Shown here piece after piece: positions 62,784 to 64,000 of a stretch of DNA of 64,000 nt. Source of the DNA: Nemertoderma westbladi. Taxonomy: Eukaryota > Animalia > Xenacoelomorpha. The DNA is taken from the NCBI GenBank assembly GCA_032718475.1, contig JAUCBJ010009049.1, forward strand, positions 7,460-71,459, read 5' to 3'. The position numbers and the translations under genes were made by a program. The notes under the pieces were generated by a model. The model had not been told where the DNA came from, did no database searches, and saw only the letters and a program-made list of their open reading frames with translations. Position 1 is the stretch's first letter, and each line of letters starts with the position of its first letter.

Positions 62784-64000
62784 CTACCATCTGCAGCAAA
62801 CATCGATACAGTCATAAATGCAAGTAGTCCGCTAATAATAAGTAAACAAACTCACACCCCGATGCATAAACTGCTGAGTGTTTCCGCTAGATTGCGAACT
62901 GTTAACATGCCTTCTCCGGTTAACCCGCTGGTCTCTGTGTCTTCTTCGGGTAACCGGCTGGTCTCTGTATCTGCTCCAGTTAACCCGCTGGTCTCTGTGT
63001 CTGCTCCAGTTAACCCGCTGGTCACTGTGTCTGCTCAAGTTAACCCGCTGGTCTCTGTGTCTGCTCCAGTTAATCCGCTGGTCTCTGTGTCTGCTCCAGT
63101 TAACCCGCTGGTCTCTGTGTCTGCTCAAGTTAACCCGCTGGTCTCTGTGTCTGCTCCAGTTAACCCGCTGGTCTCTGTGTCTGCTCCAGTTAACCCGCTG
63201 GTCTTTGTGTCTGCTCCAGTTAACCCGCTGGTCTCTGGGTCTGCTCCAGTTAACCCGCTGGTCTTTGTGTCTGCTCCAGTTAATCCGCTGGTCACTGTGT
63301 CTGCTCCAGTTAACCCGCTGGTCTTTGTGTCTGCTCCAGTTAACCCGCTGGTCTCTGTGTCTGCTCCAGTTAACCTGCTGGTCTCTGTGTCTGCTCCAGT
63401 TAACCCGCTGGTCACTGTGTCTGCTCCAGTTAACCCGCTGGTCTCTGTGTCTGCTCCAGTTAACCCGCTGGTCTCTGTGTCTGCTCCAGTTAACCCGCTG
63501 GTCTCTGTGTCTGCTCCAGTTAACCCGCTGATCTCTATGTCTGCTCCAATTAAACCGCTGGTCTTTGTGTCTGCTCCAGTTAACCCGCTGGTCTCTGTGT
63601 CTGCTCCAGTTAACCCGCTGGTCTCTGTGTCTGCTCCAGTTAAACCGCTGGTCACTGTGTCTGCTCCAGTTAACCCGCTGGTCTCTGTGTCTGCTCCAGT
63701 TAAACCGCTGGTCACTGTGTCTGCTCCAGTTAACCCGCTGGTCTCTGTGTCTGCTCCAGTCAACCCGCTGGTCTCTGTGTCTGCTCCAGTTAACCCGCTG
63801 GTCTCTGTGTCTGCTCCAGTTAACCCACTGGTCTCTGTGTCTGCTCCTGTGAATACACTGGTTTCTGCAGCTGCGTCTGAAACAGTCTCAGCTACTGTGC
63901 CTCCCAGTGCACCTGTCACGAAGGACTTAATCAATATATGCGTATTAAATGCTCAATCTGTCAACAACAAGGCAGCTTTTATTAAGGACTATATGGTGGA
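62784..64000 (+). CDS. LINE ORF2 N-terminus: repeat-expanded leader plus the start of the APE endonuclease (runs off the window)
   Basis: The frame is open from after TGA (62781) to the end of the window, with ATGs at 62862 and 62907. It ends LINICVLNAQSVNNKAAFIKDYMV, an APE first-strand motif. Confidence 0.78.
62912..63862 (+). repeat. 30-bp tandem repeat (~31 units) encoding SAPVNPLVSV
   Basis: Unit TCTGCTCCAGTTAACCCGCTGGTCTCTGTG. Confidence 0.97.

Noticed and set aside
62878-63934. ORFs 62878-63531 (+), 63565-63852 (+) and 63125-63934 (-; ice-nucleation/antifreeze-like TGADTETSGL)
   Set aside because: These are alternative frames of the 30-bp repeat. Only the SAPVNPLVSV frame is continuous with the LINE endonuclease.

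Overview
Eukaryotic (probably invertebrate) transposon nest with no recognisable host gene. It is dominated by two related families of unusually large (~19 kb) BEL/Pao LTR retrotransposons, here called A (+ strand) and B (- strand). A full-length B copy (21412-59439; 2.38-kb LTRs; TSD CTCTT) sits in a 43-bp minisatellite. It contains a full-length nested A copy (37952-56785; 1.21-kb LTRs; TSD CCCTA). A second A copy (3451-18027, cut by an assembly gap) is inserted in a second B fragment (1-3450). Both families carry a large, homologous, non-env third ORF after pol: zinc finger, WRN/RNase D-type DEDDy 3'-5' exonuclease, triple zinc knuckle and basic tail. Family B also has a 20-bp hairpin motif dispersed 11 times along the element, and a tRNA-like Pol III cassette in its LTR whose 3' end is complementary to the sequence where a PBS should be. 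Neither family has a canonical TGG PBS. Flanking sequence holds CR1/L2-type LINE pieces, a Gypsy RNase H fragment, a minisatellite born from a LINE ORF2 tail, and a 30-bp coding repeat in a LINE ORF2. All LTR-element copies carry stops or frameshifts. Domain calls come from motif recognition by eye; no database searches were run.
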